Part shown: positions 1 through 13,100 of the stretch, in pieces
Position numbering within the stretch: the stretch's first letter is position 1
Layout of the letters: every line of letters begins with the position of its first letter
Assembly (NCBI GenBank): GCA_973895155.1
Contig: OZ316895.1
Coordinates: 20,164,803-20,228,802 of the forward strand
Direction of reading: 5' to 3'
DNA length: 64,000 nucleotides
Source of the DNA: Marsupella aquatica
Lineage: Eukaryota > Plantae > Marchantiophyta
Translations under genes and position numbers: made by a program
Notes under the pieces: generated by a model
Seen by the model: the letters and a program-made list of their open reading frames with translations, nothing else
Told to the model about the DNA's origin: nothing
The model's database searches: none

Positions 1-492
1 GCCACAACGAAGGCGGCTTACCCTAGCGGCGCCGCTAAACCCTTCACTAAGAAACCCCTAAACTAAAACCATGCGGCACACATATGCGTCTAAAAACCCT
101 AAACCCTAAACTAACAATGGGGCCGACAGTGCCTTCGACGGTGCCCCAACGTTATTCCGTGAACCGTGAAATTGCAAGGAACCCCACAATGGCCGAAACT
201 AGGCGCCCCTCCACTTGCACTTCTGAGTTCACCCCTGGATAGCTCTCCTCCTCCTGATCACGGATCACTTCAACCGCTCTCTAAACGGACATTGGACGAC
301 CAAGTTATGACCGTTTCCGTATCCCGTAAACACAACTTCACCGGGCCATAACCTGCTCATCCTGGCTCCGTTTGAGGAGCGCCACCTCTTGTTGGAATCA
401 GCTCCGCGAGCTCTTTCCAACAAGCCCGTGAGTGACCCCTCACAAAAAGTTGGAAAGTCCAGGGGCCGTACAACCACGTCCGTACGACCACT

Positions 493-2346
493 CTAATCCT
501 CCTCCTCTTCACTCACGGTGCCCTGGCTTGAGCCCCGTGAGTGGGCCTCCTCATCACTCTCCATTGGAGTGAGTGCCACTTCACTTCTCTTCTTCTTTAC
601 CGGGGTACTCCTTGTGCTAGTGCTCCCCTGCTTTCTCAAATTGGCCAAGGCCTGCCACGCTTTAATGTACCCCTCACCAATGGTGTCCTTCCATAGGGTA
701 GCCTCTTCTCCGGACCGCAACTCCAACGGTAGAACTTGCCCTGTGGCCATGGGAGTCCCGGGGGTGACAGACCTGGGTGGCATCCCTGTACTGACCTGAG
801 CCTCCCGTAAGGATTTCCGTACCTCCCGAAGCTTCTTCTCCAAGCCCTTGCTCTTCTCCTGACTCTTCTTGGCTCCATCCAACAAGGGCCCATACTTCCC
901 ACTAACCTCCTTCACCACCATCTCAATAGCCTGGGAGATCAAATCCGGAGAAAGTGTGGAGCTAGGAGTGCCGGGGCTCTTCCGTTTCCCCAGACTCAAG
1001 GCCTCACTCCTCTTTGCTTGTGTCTCAAAGGCGGCCACCTGACTCCGTAGTGCTCCCACCTAGTTTCTCCACTCCACCACTTCTCCAGAATTCTGCTTCT
1101 CTTTGGCCAATACTTGTCTCAATGCTCCCACCTCTTCTGCTTCCTTGGCCTTGGTGGACAAGGCTCCCTTCAAGTTGGAGATCTCTACGTGAGCTGCTTG
1201 GAGAAGCTTAACCTTCTCATGAATGGTCCCCTCCTTGGCCTTGATCACCTCCTTCAGAGACAGGGTACTCTGCTCTAACGTCTCTACTCTGGCTGTGGTG
1301 TGCTTGAGAGAATCTCTCAATGCGTGGACTAGCTTGAGTCCCTCATGGACTCCCTCTCTGAAATCCCGTAGCTCTGCCAGGTAAACATCCGGAATGTTGT
1401 AGGCCAGGGGCTCTTTCGGATCTCCCACGAAAGATTCAAGCCACTCCAATGTGTAGTCCTCATCCTGGTTTTCTTCTCCTCTATCTTCATCCCCACCAGC
1501 CGACGATGATTCCTCCGTGAGCTTCCCTATAACGGTAGTGGCAATACTCCGGATCTCCGTGGTGAGAGATGATTCCGTGTCTTCCTGTCCCGGGGAACCA
1601 ATCAACCCTTCTGCCCTGGCCAATACAAATGACCCCATCAAATGTACAGCCCCACCTGGTTTCACACTCCCGAGGTCAGCGGCCAACAGCTTCTTCAACC
1701 CGTAGTACCACCATCCGTACACATGGGCTGGGTGGTTCTTGATGTCCATAGCTACCACGAAATGCTCTTCATTCACCACCCCTGATTGCACGTTGCCAAG
1801 GACCCGTTGATGAACCTTGGCCAGGAATCCCTTATACTCAACATCCTTGACAGCGGAAAGAGAGATGGCAGTGGTGGAGGTGGGATTAATCACCCAAGTG
1901 GCCACCATCTTCAACGTGAGTTCTCCCCTGATGTGCCGAGGTGTGAATGAGAATTTCTGATTCTCCAGAAATAGCAGCCTAGCCAACTCTACATGGGGCA
2001 CTACACGTTTGAGACATTCAAAGTAGATTCCCTCCGTTCGTAACTCCATCCCGGCCTCAATGTCCCAGCTCTTCCCTGGAGGGATGGTAATCTCCACCTT
2101 CATGAATTCTGTAACCCCGGTGGCTTGGAAAATATTCCGACAATCCTCCATCACCTTGGCGGAGGTCTTGGGATAAATTCGACGAAAAATCCTCCTACCC
2201 ACCAGTGTGGAACCTGCTGCCAATCCCGTGCTCATCGTAGCTTCTCTCTCTTCTCTCTCCCTTGCAATCAAAGTCTCCACATAGTCACGGTAAGCAACCT
2301 TGTATCTCCGAATGCGTGCCACACTGAACTCCGGTTGATCTAGCAT
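493..2346 (-). pseudogene. Retroelement accessory ORF (N-terminal domain + coiled coil + acidic/basic tail) with one in-frame stop
   Basis: ORFs 1060-2346 and 493-1059 abut in the same frame across a single TAG (1060-1062). The architecture resembles the LTR-borne ORF at 42687. Confidence 0.55.
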
Positions 2347-2689
2347 TCATGCATCCCGAAATCAAATCCTCAATCACCAAATCCCGTCACCCGTAGCAAT
2401 GTCAATTCCCTGGCCCGAAACAGCCCCCGCATCCCGATCAATCGATTACTCTCAATTCCCCCAGAAGCCACTCCGGGCTGCTGCCGCTAATGCCCGGAAG
2501 AATCAGGCCACCAAGCCCCACCAATCTACCATGAGAGAGAGCTTCAAAAATAATTAGAAGGTGAGAGCTTTCGGCAAGGTGTTGGGAGAGAGTTTCGAGT
2601 TTTGCTTTCGGCAAGGAGAGGGTCGTGCAAAAGAGGGAGAAAAGAAGGGAAGAAAAAAAAACAAAAAATCCCCCCCGACACCTCCTTTC

Positions 2690-3410
2690 GCCTTGCGCCC
2701 CGGGCCCTCCTTTAATGGCCCTCCCCGGTGCCCTCTTTTGCCTGGCTCGCGGGAGCCCTAAATGCCCTGGGCACGCAGCCCTATGGGCTCGCCCCGGCCA
2801 CCTGCCATCTCACTTTTCTCGCGGGAGTCCCGGCTGCGCTCTCGCCCCGATGCCCCCTGCGCCACTCGCGGGAGCACTTAGTGCTCGGCTACTCGCGGTT
2901 CAAACGGGGGATTTAATTCCCCCCCGACAGCCCTCTTTCGCCTCACGGCCACCCCCCGTAGCGCCCTCTTTCGCCTGGCTCGCGGGAGCCCTAAATGCCC
3001 TGGGCACGCAGCCCTATGGGCTCACGGGAGGGTTTTAATACCCCCCCTTTACTCCTCGGCTGCGGCCCGGCTGCCCTTGCCCTGCTCGCGGGAGCCCTTA
3101 CCTGGGGATTCCACGTGGCGGCCCTAGGGCTGCCCCTTATGGGCCCTTAAGTGCTCGCCCTCTGCCAGGCCACTTAAGGGGTATTTAACCCCCCTCCGCG
3201 ACCTTCCTGCACCGGCCTCCCTACTTGGTACTCGCGGTGCCCCTTAAGGGGGAATTTTAATTTCTCCCCCACCCTCGGCGCCTCGCTTCCTTCAGCTCGC
3301 GAGGCTCCCCTCAAACGGGGGATTTAATCCCCCCCTTTCTTCTCCTGAACGCGGCCCTATGCAGGGCTCGCGACAGCCTCCTCCCTGTCCAGCCCGGCTC
3401 CGGCTGCCCA
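2690..3410. repeat. GC-rich degenerate direct repeats (CTCGCGGGAG, GGGG-AT-rich-CCCC units)
   Basis: GCCTGGCTCGCGGGAGCCCTAAATGCCCTGGGCACGCAGCCCTATGGGCTC occurs near 2740 and near 2975. GGGG(A/T)nCCCC mini-hairpins recur. Confidence 0.75.
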
Positions 3411-3785
3411 TAAAAAAAAACTTCCCCCTAATCACACTGCCGGGGTCACCTCTACTCAAAAACTTCCTTGCTCCCGGTCCTATTTTATTTCTTCTTCCCA
3501 CCAACCTTGCTATTGAGTTCTCTAAAAATGGCCCTAAAATAATGGGGAGTCCCCCAAAGGCAGGGCCCTCCTCCCAACATAATTGCAGAACAATTAGGGG
3601 ATAAAAATAAATACAGTTCTTCGGTCACAGGTGATGAAAAAATGGTTATTTACAATGGTTATTTACACTGTGCGACACTCCGCGACCAAGTTATTCGTGA
3701 TTTTATGTGACGGGGACCCCGTCACAGTCTCCATCATCAGACCCCTCCGACGCAATCAATATGGGGGGTACCTGGGGCATCAACA

Positions 3786-4169
3786 AAGTGGTACTGCCGC
3801 CTCCTTCTTGACCTCACCGCCCTTTGAGATTGGTGGAGAACCCTCAAAGCATTCAGCGTCGGACGTAAGGTCAATCACATCGTGAGCCACCTGAGACCTC
3901 TCCACCTTGACCCGAACGATGTCCCTTAGTTGAATGAAAATCAAGTACTCCACGCCATATTCGAGATTCCAAACAACGTCCTCCACTTCAGTATCAAAAT
4001 GAGCAGGCCCATCGTTCAAAGTTCTCACACTCAAAATATGTTTTCTTGTCACCCCAAATCTTCCACACAGGTAATTATCACTAACACGTTTTCTGGTTTC
4101 ATAAATTGACACAAGGATTGTCACAATGTCACCTCTATTCGGACACGTTATTCGAATAATGCGAGACAT
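3786..4169 (-). pseudogene. 5' fragment of the element C MULE transposase, truncated by the LTR insertion
   Basis: MSRIIRITCPNRGDIVTILVSIYETRKRVSDNYLCGRFG aligns with the N-termini at 21401 (STGDIVSIPVSV...YLCGRFDL) and 10801 (TTGDVVVLDV...FLSSRFGL). Confidence 0.75.
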
Positions 4170-4599
4170 TCTAACTCCCCAAAGATAACCGACTACATAA
4201 AATAATGATACATGGTAAAATATAGCTAGATTGAATGGTTGAGGGTTTCTTCTTAATCCAAGTCTCAAACGGAAAGAGCCATCGAGCAGTTATAGGATCC
4301 GTTGGGTATGGATTTTCTTACCGTTCAAGAAACAACAAAACCATCAATTCGGTGGATAGTTACTGTTGAATTAATTTTGTTGGCGTTGTAACCGACGAGG
4401 TAATATAGTAGCGCCAGGCGCTAGCGTTTTCCACATCTGAAAGAGCCCAAAAATGAACAACAAAAGCAAAGATCAACGGCCATTTTGGTTAACATCTTAC
4501 GACAACTACTCATTATGACAACATTTAAGCTGAAATGTATCGGGTTTCCTTGGAAATAGCGTCTTATTTTTGGCAGACGACAATATTACCCTCTTCTAA

Positions 4600-4994
4600 T
4601 ATTAAAATCGATCCATTTGAGCTCTAGTAGAAGTTATCATAATAATAGCGTCAGGAGCTATCATAAAATTGATATAAATGTAAAGATGTAACGGTCATTA
4701 TTTATAGAAACTTCCACATTTTGGGTCCAAACATCTAAGCCATTTTGAAGTGTCTCGTTACTAGCGCCAGGCGCTATTATTGAAATCTACCCATTTAAGC
4801 CTTATTTGAGACTAAAAGAAAAATAGCGCTTGGCACTTTCATAAAATTGATAGAAATAGAAGCCGTTAATTACAGAAACTTTCTCACTTCAGTCCAATCA
4901 TTCGCATGAATTTTTAGTACAATGTTACTAGCGCCAGGCGCTATTATTAAAATCCTTCATTTCAAGATATATTTTAGTCTAGCATAATAATAGC
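4600..4994. repeat. Degenerate tandem repeat (~170-bp unit), each unit carrying two palindromes
   Basis: GTTACTAGCGCCAGGCGCTATTATT at 4757 and 4924; TCATAAAATTGATA at ~4661 and ~4839; AGAAACTT repeated. Confidence 0.7.
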
Positions 4995-5787
4995 GAGGTG
5001 TTTACAAAAGGCAGGAAAACAGGAAACAGGCATTCATAACCGAAACTGGTAACAGTGAAAATGACTGGTAACAGGAAAATTCTAGTCTCAAACTTCGGAG
5101 AAAAAAATTCTGGTAGCACCCGGCGCTGGTAAAAATAGCGCTGAAGGCGAGGTTTTTTTAAAAGACACCAAAAAAACAAACAGGAGTAAATATAAGAAAC
5201 TCGTACCGGTAGGAACTCTCCACGATTATTGCTAGCGTCGGGCGCTGTGAAGAGTCTATAATTTGTACCAATTGCACTCTCGGAGGATATTTAATGAAGG
5301 GGGCTATGAAATGTTCGATCTCTGAACGCTATTTAAGTCAATTATAATTAACCAAAACCTTTTAGTAGCGCCTGGCGCTACTACAGTAATCCCAGTTGAC
5401 AACCATCGTCTATTCCAGCCTCCTCCCGATCAGGGTCTTTCTAGAAGACATCTAGCTGCAAAGATCCATGACTATTCCCGCCAGTTCACCTAATACCACA
5501 AAATCAGGCGGAAAACAAAACATTCATGCAACCACAGCCCAGAAAGAATCCACACCCAAGAACCCTTAGAAAATTGGGAAGCGCCCGGGGCTAGCCAATA
5601 TTGCACCTAAGAACACGTCTTCACAACTCAAACTTCAAGAATCTAAAATAAAAATATAATAGTGACAATATGTTTGAGGAGCGCCTGGCGCTAGTAAAAG
5701 TTGAAAGGGCTTAAAATCAGCCAATTCATCGAAATGGTTACATATTGAAACATTAAATGACGTATTTGAAGAAAACCCCATTGCTAC

Positions 5788-5830
5788 CTATAAACTACCA
5801 GATGTTTCTGATGCGGAGCTTTCAGATCTG
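5788..5830 (-). pseudogene. Displaced last codons of the element B ParB-MTase gene
   Basis: Joining across the TSD restores ...KSTDRSESSASETSGSL*, matching the copy C ending ...SIDRSGNSESESSNLE*. Confidence 0.8.
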
Positions 5831-6160
5831 GAGGTATTCTATTGTGCGAGCAAACAGGAGTTTTGCTAGCGAGGACAGCAGGCTAGCGAGGCAAGTTTGC
5901 GCGTAATCTGAGGGTAGTTAAGGCGCATTCCCAAGTAAGATTGTCAATATATACTGTGAAACAGTTAAGGAAAACGAAAATGCAGATACTTAAATATTCA
6001 CAAACTCAAAAATTGAGATCTTCACTACACTGAACTGAATGAAAGGCATCATCACTGTCAACAAAACCAGGTCAAAAAACCTTTCACAATCCATCTTTAA
6101 TAAAACTTTGGTATGACAAATATCTTCTGGAATGAGATTGCATCTGAAATTGACCATGAG

Positions 6161-9100
6161 TCATTGAGAATCCTCTGATTCCAAATCATCTGAGGAATTA
6201 CTAGGATCGCTACTAGACTCCCTATCAGTCTCCTCAGCCGAACCGTCAACATACTGTGCTACAGTCCCAGCCTCATCATCTATGAACTGAGGGCAGTAAA
6301 GGGCTTTCCGAACACCCCTCACTGACCGCAGACCTTTCCCCTCCCAAGTCAAAACGATGGGCGCTTCATCAACCTCCTTTGCAGTCTTTTCAGCATAGCA
6401 TGGAAGCACAAATCCCTTGTCAGGGGTCACAAGAAAATGATCCTCGATTTCTTTCCGAAGACGGAATCTCTCCTCCGAAAACCAATCCGAACGCCTATCA
6501 CTGAAGAAATCACCAGAATCGGATCAATACTAAACATCCAAAAATTCTACAAACAAAAGAAAAACACCAAATAGGGAGTTCTACATCAAAGGCCAAGTGC
6601 TTTACTCCAGGTCGAATTCATCCTTCTCGTCTGAAGGTCCTCCCTGATCATCTCCTGGGATGGTGAACTCATCATCAGACCCTTCATCTTTGGGATCATC
6701 GTTCTTCGGGTCTACGGCCCCTTTCAACTTCTGGGCATGTCTATCCAACACATTTGCCAAAGTTCTTTGTGCACACAGATGAAGAATGTCTCGATCTTCA
6801 ACACCCACAACAAATCTCCCAGCGTATTCCCCAGCGGCAAAAGCACTTCCATCTCCAACAGTCCAGTCAATGACAATGTCCTTTGGCAAAGTAAGGATCT
6901 TCATTACGGCTTGCATGAACCCAACTGACAATCTATTGGAACCTGCGAAAGCCGCCCTGGGACTGGGATCAGTTTTTGGGTAGCAAACACTCAACATCGA
7001 TTTATGGCGGGCATCCTCCGAGGAAGTCATTGGAACATATCCTGTATGTTTTGGGACTTTTGCCGAGAATTCCACCTTGCAGAAGACATCCATAATGAGA
7101 GTAACCACCTGAATTGAAAACGATAATACGTAAGAAATGGGCACTTTTGGTTAGCGAGCTCGCTAGCAAAAATTGCACAAAAAATATGGAGGATATCTTA
7201 CCTCGATGTCCATATCTGCCTGATACAAAGGAGATGAAAGCAAAACCGAATACTGCCGGACATGTTTAAATTTGTTCTTCTGTTCGACTGCAGAAAAAAT
7301 TTGCCTCATATGGTTATAGTCAGAGCTGTGAAGAACTGCGACATAACCATCATCGGCAAGCATCGGACGCATGACTCCAAAGAAATAATATGGTAATTTC
7401 TCACTCCAAACATTCCACTTCGGGACCTCCCGGTCTGTGACGCTTGTTCGATGACCCGTGGGAAGGAATATGAAACCCAAGTGAGCACCAATTCCAGCGT
7501 AATTTTTTCCGTTGATCATCACGGCGTTTGGGTGTTCGCTCGATTTGCTCATTCCAGACAACCACTGATCCGCATCGCCCATCCAAGGAGGTCTTACTTT
7601 CCTCTGGCTAATTGAGTTTGCAGTTTCCGTGAGATTGCTCTTCGCCAAGAAATGCCTCTCACTGTCCTTCTTAAGACCACACATTCGTGCTACTCCTTGC
7701 GCGACGCATGCTTCCTCCTCATCCGAGTCGGAGAGAATTTGGACATTGCGCTTCCTCTTTAAACGCTTGATTGAACCCAGGTCCACAACAGATTTTGTTG
7801 TGACCTCAACATCAGGAGACTTGGGTTCTTCTCCATCATCCGCCCCACTCTTCAAACTGCCAGAGGCTGCAGCCTTTCTCTTCTCTGAAAAACATGTTAA
7901 TGTCAGACAGGTGACTGAGACAAAATTACTCCGAATGAGGTATGAAAAAAGAGGAGAAAAAGACTTACTTTGCTTCCCAGACAAGACTGATCCATCTTTG
8001 GACGTGTCCTTCACCGGCACTTTCCGAGGTCTCCTCGATCTACTCCGGTCCACAATGGCAGCTACACCAAGAATAGCTTTCTCCATTGCATCACATCCGC
8101 CAGCCTCGGCTTCTGCAGGAGCTAATTTGGACTCTATAATGTACGACTCTGGTATCAAGCCTCGATTTATCATATGAAATGCTGCCTTCTCTGCTGTGTC
8201 AAATGTCACTGCCCATTTGTCTGATTCTAAATACCATGGACAGTGAAGGACTTCCCACTCACTCATCTTCCTTGGAGCCTCCACTCCCTCACATGGGTAC
8301 ATCGAGTACTCTCCATATTTAACAGAGGTTGGATCCTCTTTCACTCCTGCTATCCAAGGCGAGAAGCAAGCAGGATAGGACCACCAATATGTTTTGTCAG
8401 CAACTTCTCTATCCACAAAAAAACGATACGTATATCTCTTCGCCCTCCTCCGAAAAAGTGAGATGTCAATCTTCTCACCCGACTTTGGTGGCCAAATCTG
8501 TTTGAAAAAACGAGATTTCACTCTCGTTTGGAAATCTTCAAAGTCCTCCTCTATGTCAAGGATCAGCGATGGCTTTGTCTTCTCAGACGAAGTAAGGATC
8601 CTTGCATCTGGAACAGTTGGGATCAACTCTGAAATAATCTCAGACATGAGCGAAGAACAAATTGACTCAACCTGCTCCCAAATAGCCCATCGGTGAAGCC
8701 AAAGTTTTGTTTCGCTGTCCGAGAATTGACCAGGGTGGAAGTACTTCTTGCAAAGCTCAGGTCTGCATTGTGCCTCGAGGAGTACACATCTGAGCTGGGG
8801 AGTCAACGATGAGACACCCGTAAATAGCCTCGCACGATCGAGACCACATGACACATTACCCCTTCCTTTATCGTCTGTTCGTTGGGCCTCCTTCCTCTCA
8901 TGTTCGTAGTAGTTGTGCATCTCAACACACTTCTGGAAAAAGTCACCAAACTCAGGATTCAGGAGAGGTCCAATCTTTGGCACCTTCACATTCCAATCTG
9001 CCAGTTGCTCCTTCATCATGTCTTTGACTGCCATGTCTTGCACAGCTTTTGAAAGAGGTTCTCCTTGCGCTTCTTTCAGCTGAAACTTCTTCTTCAAATC

Positions 9101-10125
9101 TTCCGTCTGCGCTGCAATATTAGCAGCAGACAGAATGTACGTGCAGGCATCGAGTGTCATGTTCTTCGAATACCAAGCCGGTTTCCTGATATTTGCCATC
9201 TTCTGCTGGAAAAGTTTGTAGTTGTCTGCATCGATGATATCTTTGTATACAGAAAGGTCATTACTGAGAACCTTGTGGACTCTCTCTGCTTCAAGGACCC
9301 AAGAATTCTCAACGTGACATTGAGTCAACCTGAGCAAAAGAAACAGGTCAGCGAGATCGCTAACAAGAGGAAATGAAAGAATTGTATATACAATTCACAG
9401 CTTGAAGGAAAAGAAACAAACCTATTCAGCGCATGCATTGCCGACTCAATCTGCACGAATGAGTTCTTGTCACCCTTGAAAATTCAACAAACAACTCGAG
9501 GATGATATTTGACATCATGGGGATTCTCATCCGCAAGCTGCATCCATGAGTACAGACGATGATTTCCATCGAAAACACAGAACATTTTGTCTTTCAAAAT
9601 TTTGAAAGCTTCGTGAGAATCACATTCCCTCTCGAATTCTTCATTATGAAGAATCCACATGTCATCCCACGACTCCCGAATCACATCCTCGCACATCTGG
9701 ACAAGGCCATCTTCGCCGGTCATTTGGACGTAAAATCGAGGCGCATCTTTGATGTATCCCTGCGTCCGGAATTCATTCTTGAGTGTCTCGATCGTAGTCG
9801 AGTTAGTTTGTAAGGACCGAACGATCTGCATGTTTCGCATTCTGCAAAGGGGAATCCTCGGAGGAGCGAGCGGGAATCCAAATTCGTCATTTCCAAAAGG
9901 GAAAAGATGGCGATTGATGACAATAGAATAGGGTTCTGAAGCTCCAGGTTGAAACGTAGGATTCACAACATCTACTTGGTTCACCATCTTGGGCCTCCTC
10001 GGTGTTTTCAATCCCGCCTGGAGCGCCTTCTTGTTCACTGTAGACCTGGTCTCCCTTCGGCTTGACTCGACTGACTTGAACGATCCTATTGATGACAAGC
10101 TCTCGGGTGAAGACAATGGCTCCAT
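6161..10125 (-). pseudogene. ParB/Srx-like domain + central domain + beta-class N4/N6 DNA methyltransferase-like protein (element A); 5 predicted exons, one premature stop
   Basis: Motifs: RIPLCRM..VRSL..LKNEF..QGY..FCVFDGNHRLYSW (ParB/Srx-like); GFIFLPTG..RPMLADDGYVAV; FMQAVMKILTLPKDIVIDWTVGDGSAFAAGEYAGRFVVGVE (AdoMet-binding motif X/I). GT-AG introns 9421-9330, 7968-7885, 7201-7109 and 6605-6501 keep the frame. In-frame TGA at 9484-9486. Confidence 0.82.
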
Positions 10126-13100
10126 CAGGGGGTCCGTGAAGTGATAAGGGTATCAACAGGTCAAGGTCGAGGGCGACACGCTTTGCGAACATAAAAACAC
10201 CCGAGAATCGATCTTCCAATCAAAGACAGAATCGTACCCTCGTCTGTTGCTTTCACCTGAATGCTGCGCCCGGTCATGAAAAGAGATACAAATATTCTAT
10301 ACGACTCTTCTCGCAATCATTTTTCAGACAACGTCAGGTATACATGTACTTCCGGAAATACGAACCACCGAACTCACGACTGAAAGAAAAGTATCTAATG
10401 ACAATGAGACAGGTGTCCAGTACTGTACCGTACCGTTGACATGTAGGTACCCGTTGACCAATTCCAACGGATATAAACGGTCACAATGGTCTCTTATGAG
10501 GAAATGTTTTTGCTAGCGACATCGCTAGCCAAAAAATGACCACTAAATACATTAACTCCTGAAGGGTGTTTTGTAAGGATTTGAACAATTTTACTTGGTT
10601 CATTGAGCTAGCGAGATCGCTAGCTTTATCATTCCGCAAATAGAGTCATATAAGACAAAATAACGGTCAGATAATGGGAATAAGAGGCATTTATTAAATA
10701 AATATGTTGAGTCCAACACCTACACAAGCACATTTCCTCATATGTATTTGGAGAAAGAAGAGAGCGAAGTATCTCACATTGTGGATTGCTGTAGACTGTA
10801 ATGTCCAAAACTTCCAGCATGTCTTCATTGGGATCGAAGGTTGTGATCGAGAGAAAGACGACGGGTGATGTTGTTGTTCTGGATGTTCCGGAGAATACTA
10901 TTATCTCTGTCAAGGAGTCTTTTCTCTCATCGAGGTTTGGGCTTTTCAAAGATGATTTCATCTGGAAGTTGTTCGTTCTTTACTCTCGGGATGGATCCAG
11001 AAGTCACGAGGTGTCGGATAATGGTTCAGGAATATTGCCAGAAAGAGCTTGGGACCTAAAGGGTGGTTCAGATGTAGAGCTAGTCTCATGTAAGGATGAC
11101 ATTGCACATATCAATGTTTCCGATCCAGAATCCCCGACTCGACCGTCACCTGCAGTACCAGAAATTATTGACATCTCCCCTGAGAGTGTGGGTAGGGATG
11201 TCTCTTCTGTGTCGACAAAGTCTTCTGAGAAATCCGTTTTTGAAGCAGTGAGTCAAAACGAGTTTCAATCTAAGCCAGTTCTTTATCGAGTTAGTGCATA
11301 TGATGCCTTTCTCAATATTATTGGGTCAAGCGAGTTGGCAAATTTCCGCAGGGGAAACGATTGGAAGGAGATTCAAGTGCAGACTTTGCCCACTTCATAC
11401 AACGGAAACTGCGTTTTTGAGCTTCCTCCGGTGGAAGGTCAATTTCGTCGAGGATATGGTCTTCAGGACATGGATAGGGATAATGACGACTATCCATGGA
11501 CGAGACTTCTCACAACTTCAGCTAATCTCAAACCTCGCAATCACTGGTCTGTGTCAAAAGTCAGATGTGCCGGTGTACTTGAATGCCAAAATCTGGTCTG
11601 TAGAAAGTTGAAGCACACCGGTTCAAAAAATGACTCTTCCTTCCGAGGAAACGGACAATTTACTGAGCCGTTTCATCTTGGTGAGCTTGTGGAGGAAGGA
11701 GGGTTGGTGTGCGGATTCTGTGAGGAGAGGCCTCTCTGCATCCGTGAATGTCCAGCTAAGCTTTTGTACGTCTATCCTAAGCCGTCTCTTGAGTCAAATG
11801 TTGCGAAACATATGTCTCGATTGGCTGTTCACATGGGTTTCCATGACCACGTTGTTTGGAAGGGGAAATCTTGATTGGCAAAAAAGCAGGCGGAGGAGAT
11901 AGTTTCTGGTGTTCATAAAGCGAATCCCGTGTGTACGCCAGGGCGTGTTCTTAACAAGTCTATAGGAAACCTGGTTTCTCTTTTGCATCCAGAGTCTTCT
12001 TCAAAACTATCAAAAGAAGAAGAGAGAGAGATTTGGGAATCGATGAAGGTTGTGTCCACTGTTGAGAAATTCCAGGCCATATTCCGGAGCGTGAAAATGG
12101 ATAACCCAAAAAAGGGTGAGTTGGATTCTCTTCGTGAGATGCAAGCACGGAATAATTTTCCTTATGTTCAGAGGTACCTTTTCCCTGGGCAGGGGAGCAA
12201 GACCGATAGGGCTCATGTCTTCAAAATGAGTACAAATGGCCCAGGTTCTGGTGTCGATATTCTCAGGCAGATGAAGAGTGGAGGTGAGCTGGAAGGAGCA
12301 TGGGTCAGTTCTGATGTAATGCGGAGAATAAGCACTGGGTGGCTGACTTTCAGCGCCCATGTGTACGACCATAATTACAGGTCCCTTTGTACCATCTTCA
12401 CTTGTGAGCTCCGTGCGGAGGACTCCTTATCTCTTGAAACCGCATGGAGATATATGATTGAAGTTGCCTCTGATCATGATGTGCATGACCCACTCATTGG
12501 AGGATTTATTGCCGATAATGCCGAGGCTGGATGGATCGCCATTCGAAATGTTTTTTTTGGAGGTGTCCGTCACCCACAGAAGGAGCACAGTGACGCCTTT
12601 CACTTTGCTCAATCTCTTTGTCGTCACACATTGGAGGGTATTCGGGAAGATCGCCATCGAGAGCACTATAAACTGTGGGAAAGGGAGAGAACAGCACCAA
12701 CATATGTTCAGGCCTACCGTGTTGCTGACGAAATCCATTGTTGGTGGAAGGAAGGAAACTGCTATGCTGGGAAATTGAAGTCTCTCCAAGGATGGTTATC
12801 TTGGTGGGTCGTGAGGTGGAGGCAGTGGGGGAACTTCATCCGCATTGTAAGTGTCCAATTTCATTTCTCTTTGACGTCATTGTTTTTGCTAGCGACCTCG
12901 CTAGCATATCAGGTCTGACTGGGGACTACTTTTTGCAGACGCAAACCGCAATGGAGTCAGCCTTGATGCCAAATTGTACTGGAGCGGAATCAGTCCATGC
13001 ATCCATGAGATCCTGCCAAATGAAGAAACTAGTGGGATTGATTGAAGCATGTGAGGTGGACCAGAATCGTGCTGCGGGGCAAATTGCTGCTTTTACTGCC

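Larger units (their letters stand above)
1..3785 (-). mobile_element. LTR-retrotransposon-derived segment; terminus at 3785 (TGTTGATG on minus strand), inserted into the element C transposase
   Basis: The transposase-like ORF to the right stops abruptly at ...GGGGCATCAACA (3785), an LTR-type terminus. The segment holds GC-rich repeats and a coiled-coil accessory-type ORF. The other end is outside the window. Confidence 0.6.

Noticed and set aside
94-110. Telomeric repeat AAACCCTAAACCCTAAA
   Set aside because: Only about two units; a common telo-box-like motif in plant retroelements.
4409-5693. Clustered palindromes as a CRISPR array or bacterial REP elements
   Set aside because: Units are 14-15 bp, irregularly spaced and present in spliceosomal introns; there are no cas genes.
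6161-10125. Bacterial or phage contamination explaining the ParB-methylase gene
   Set aside because: The gene has frame-preserving GT-AG introns shared by three copies and lies within TSD-flanked eukaryotic transposons.
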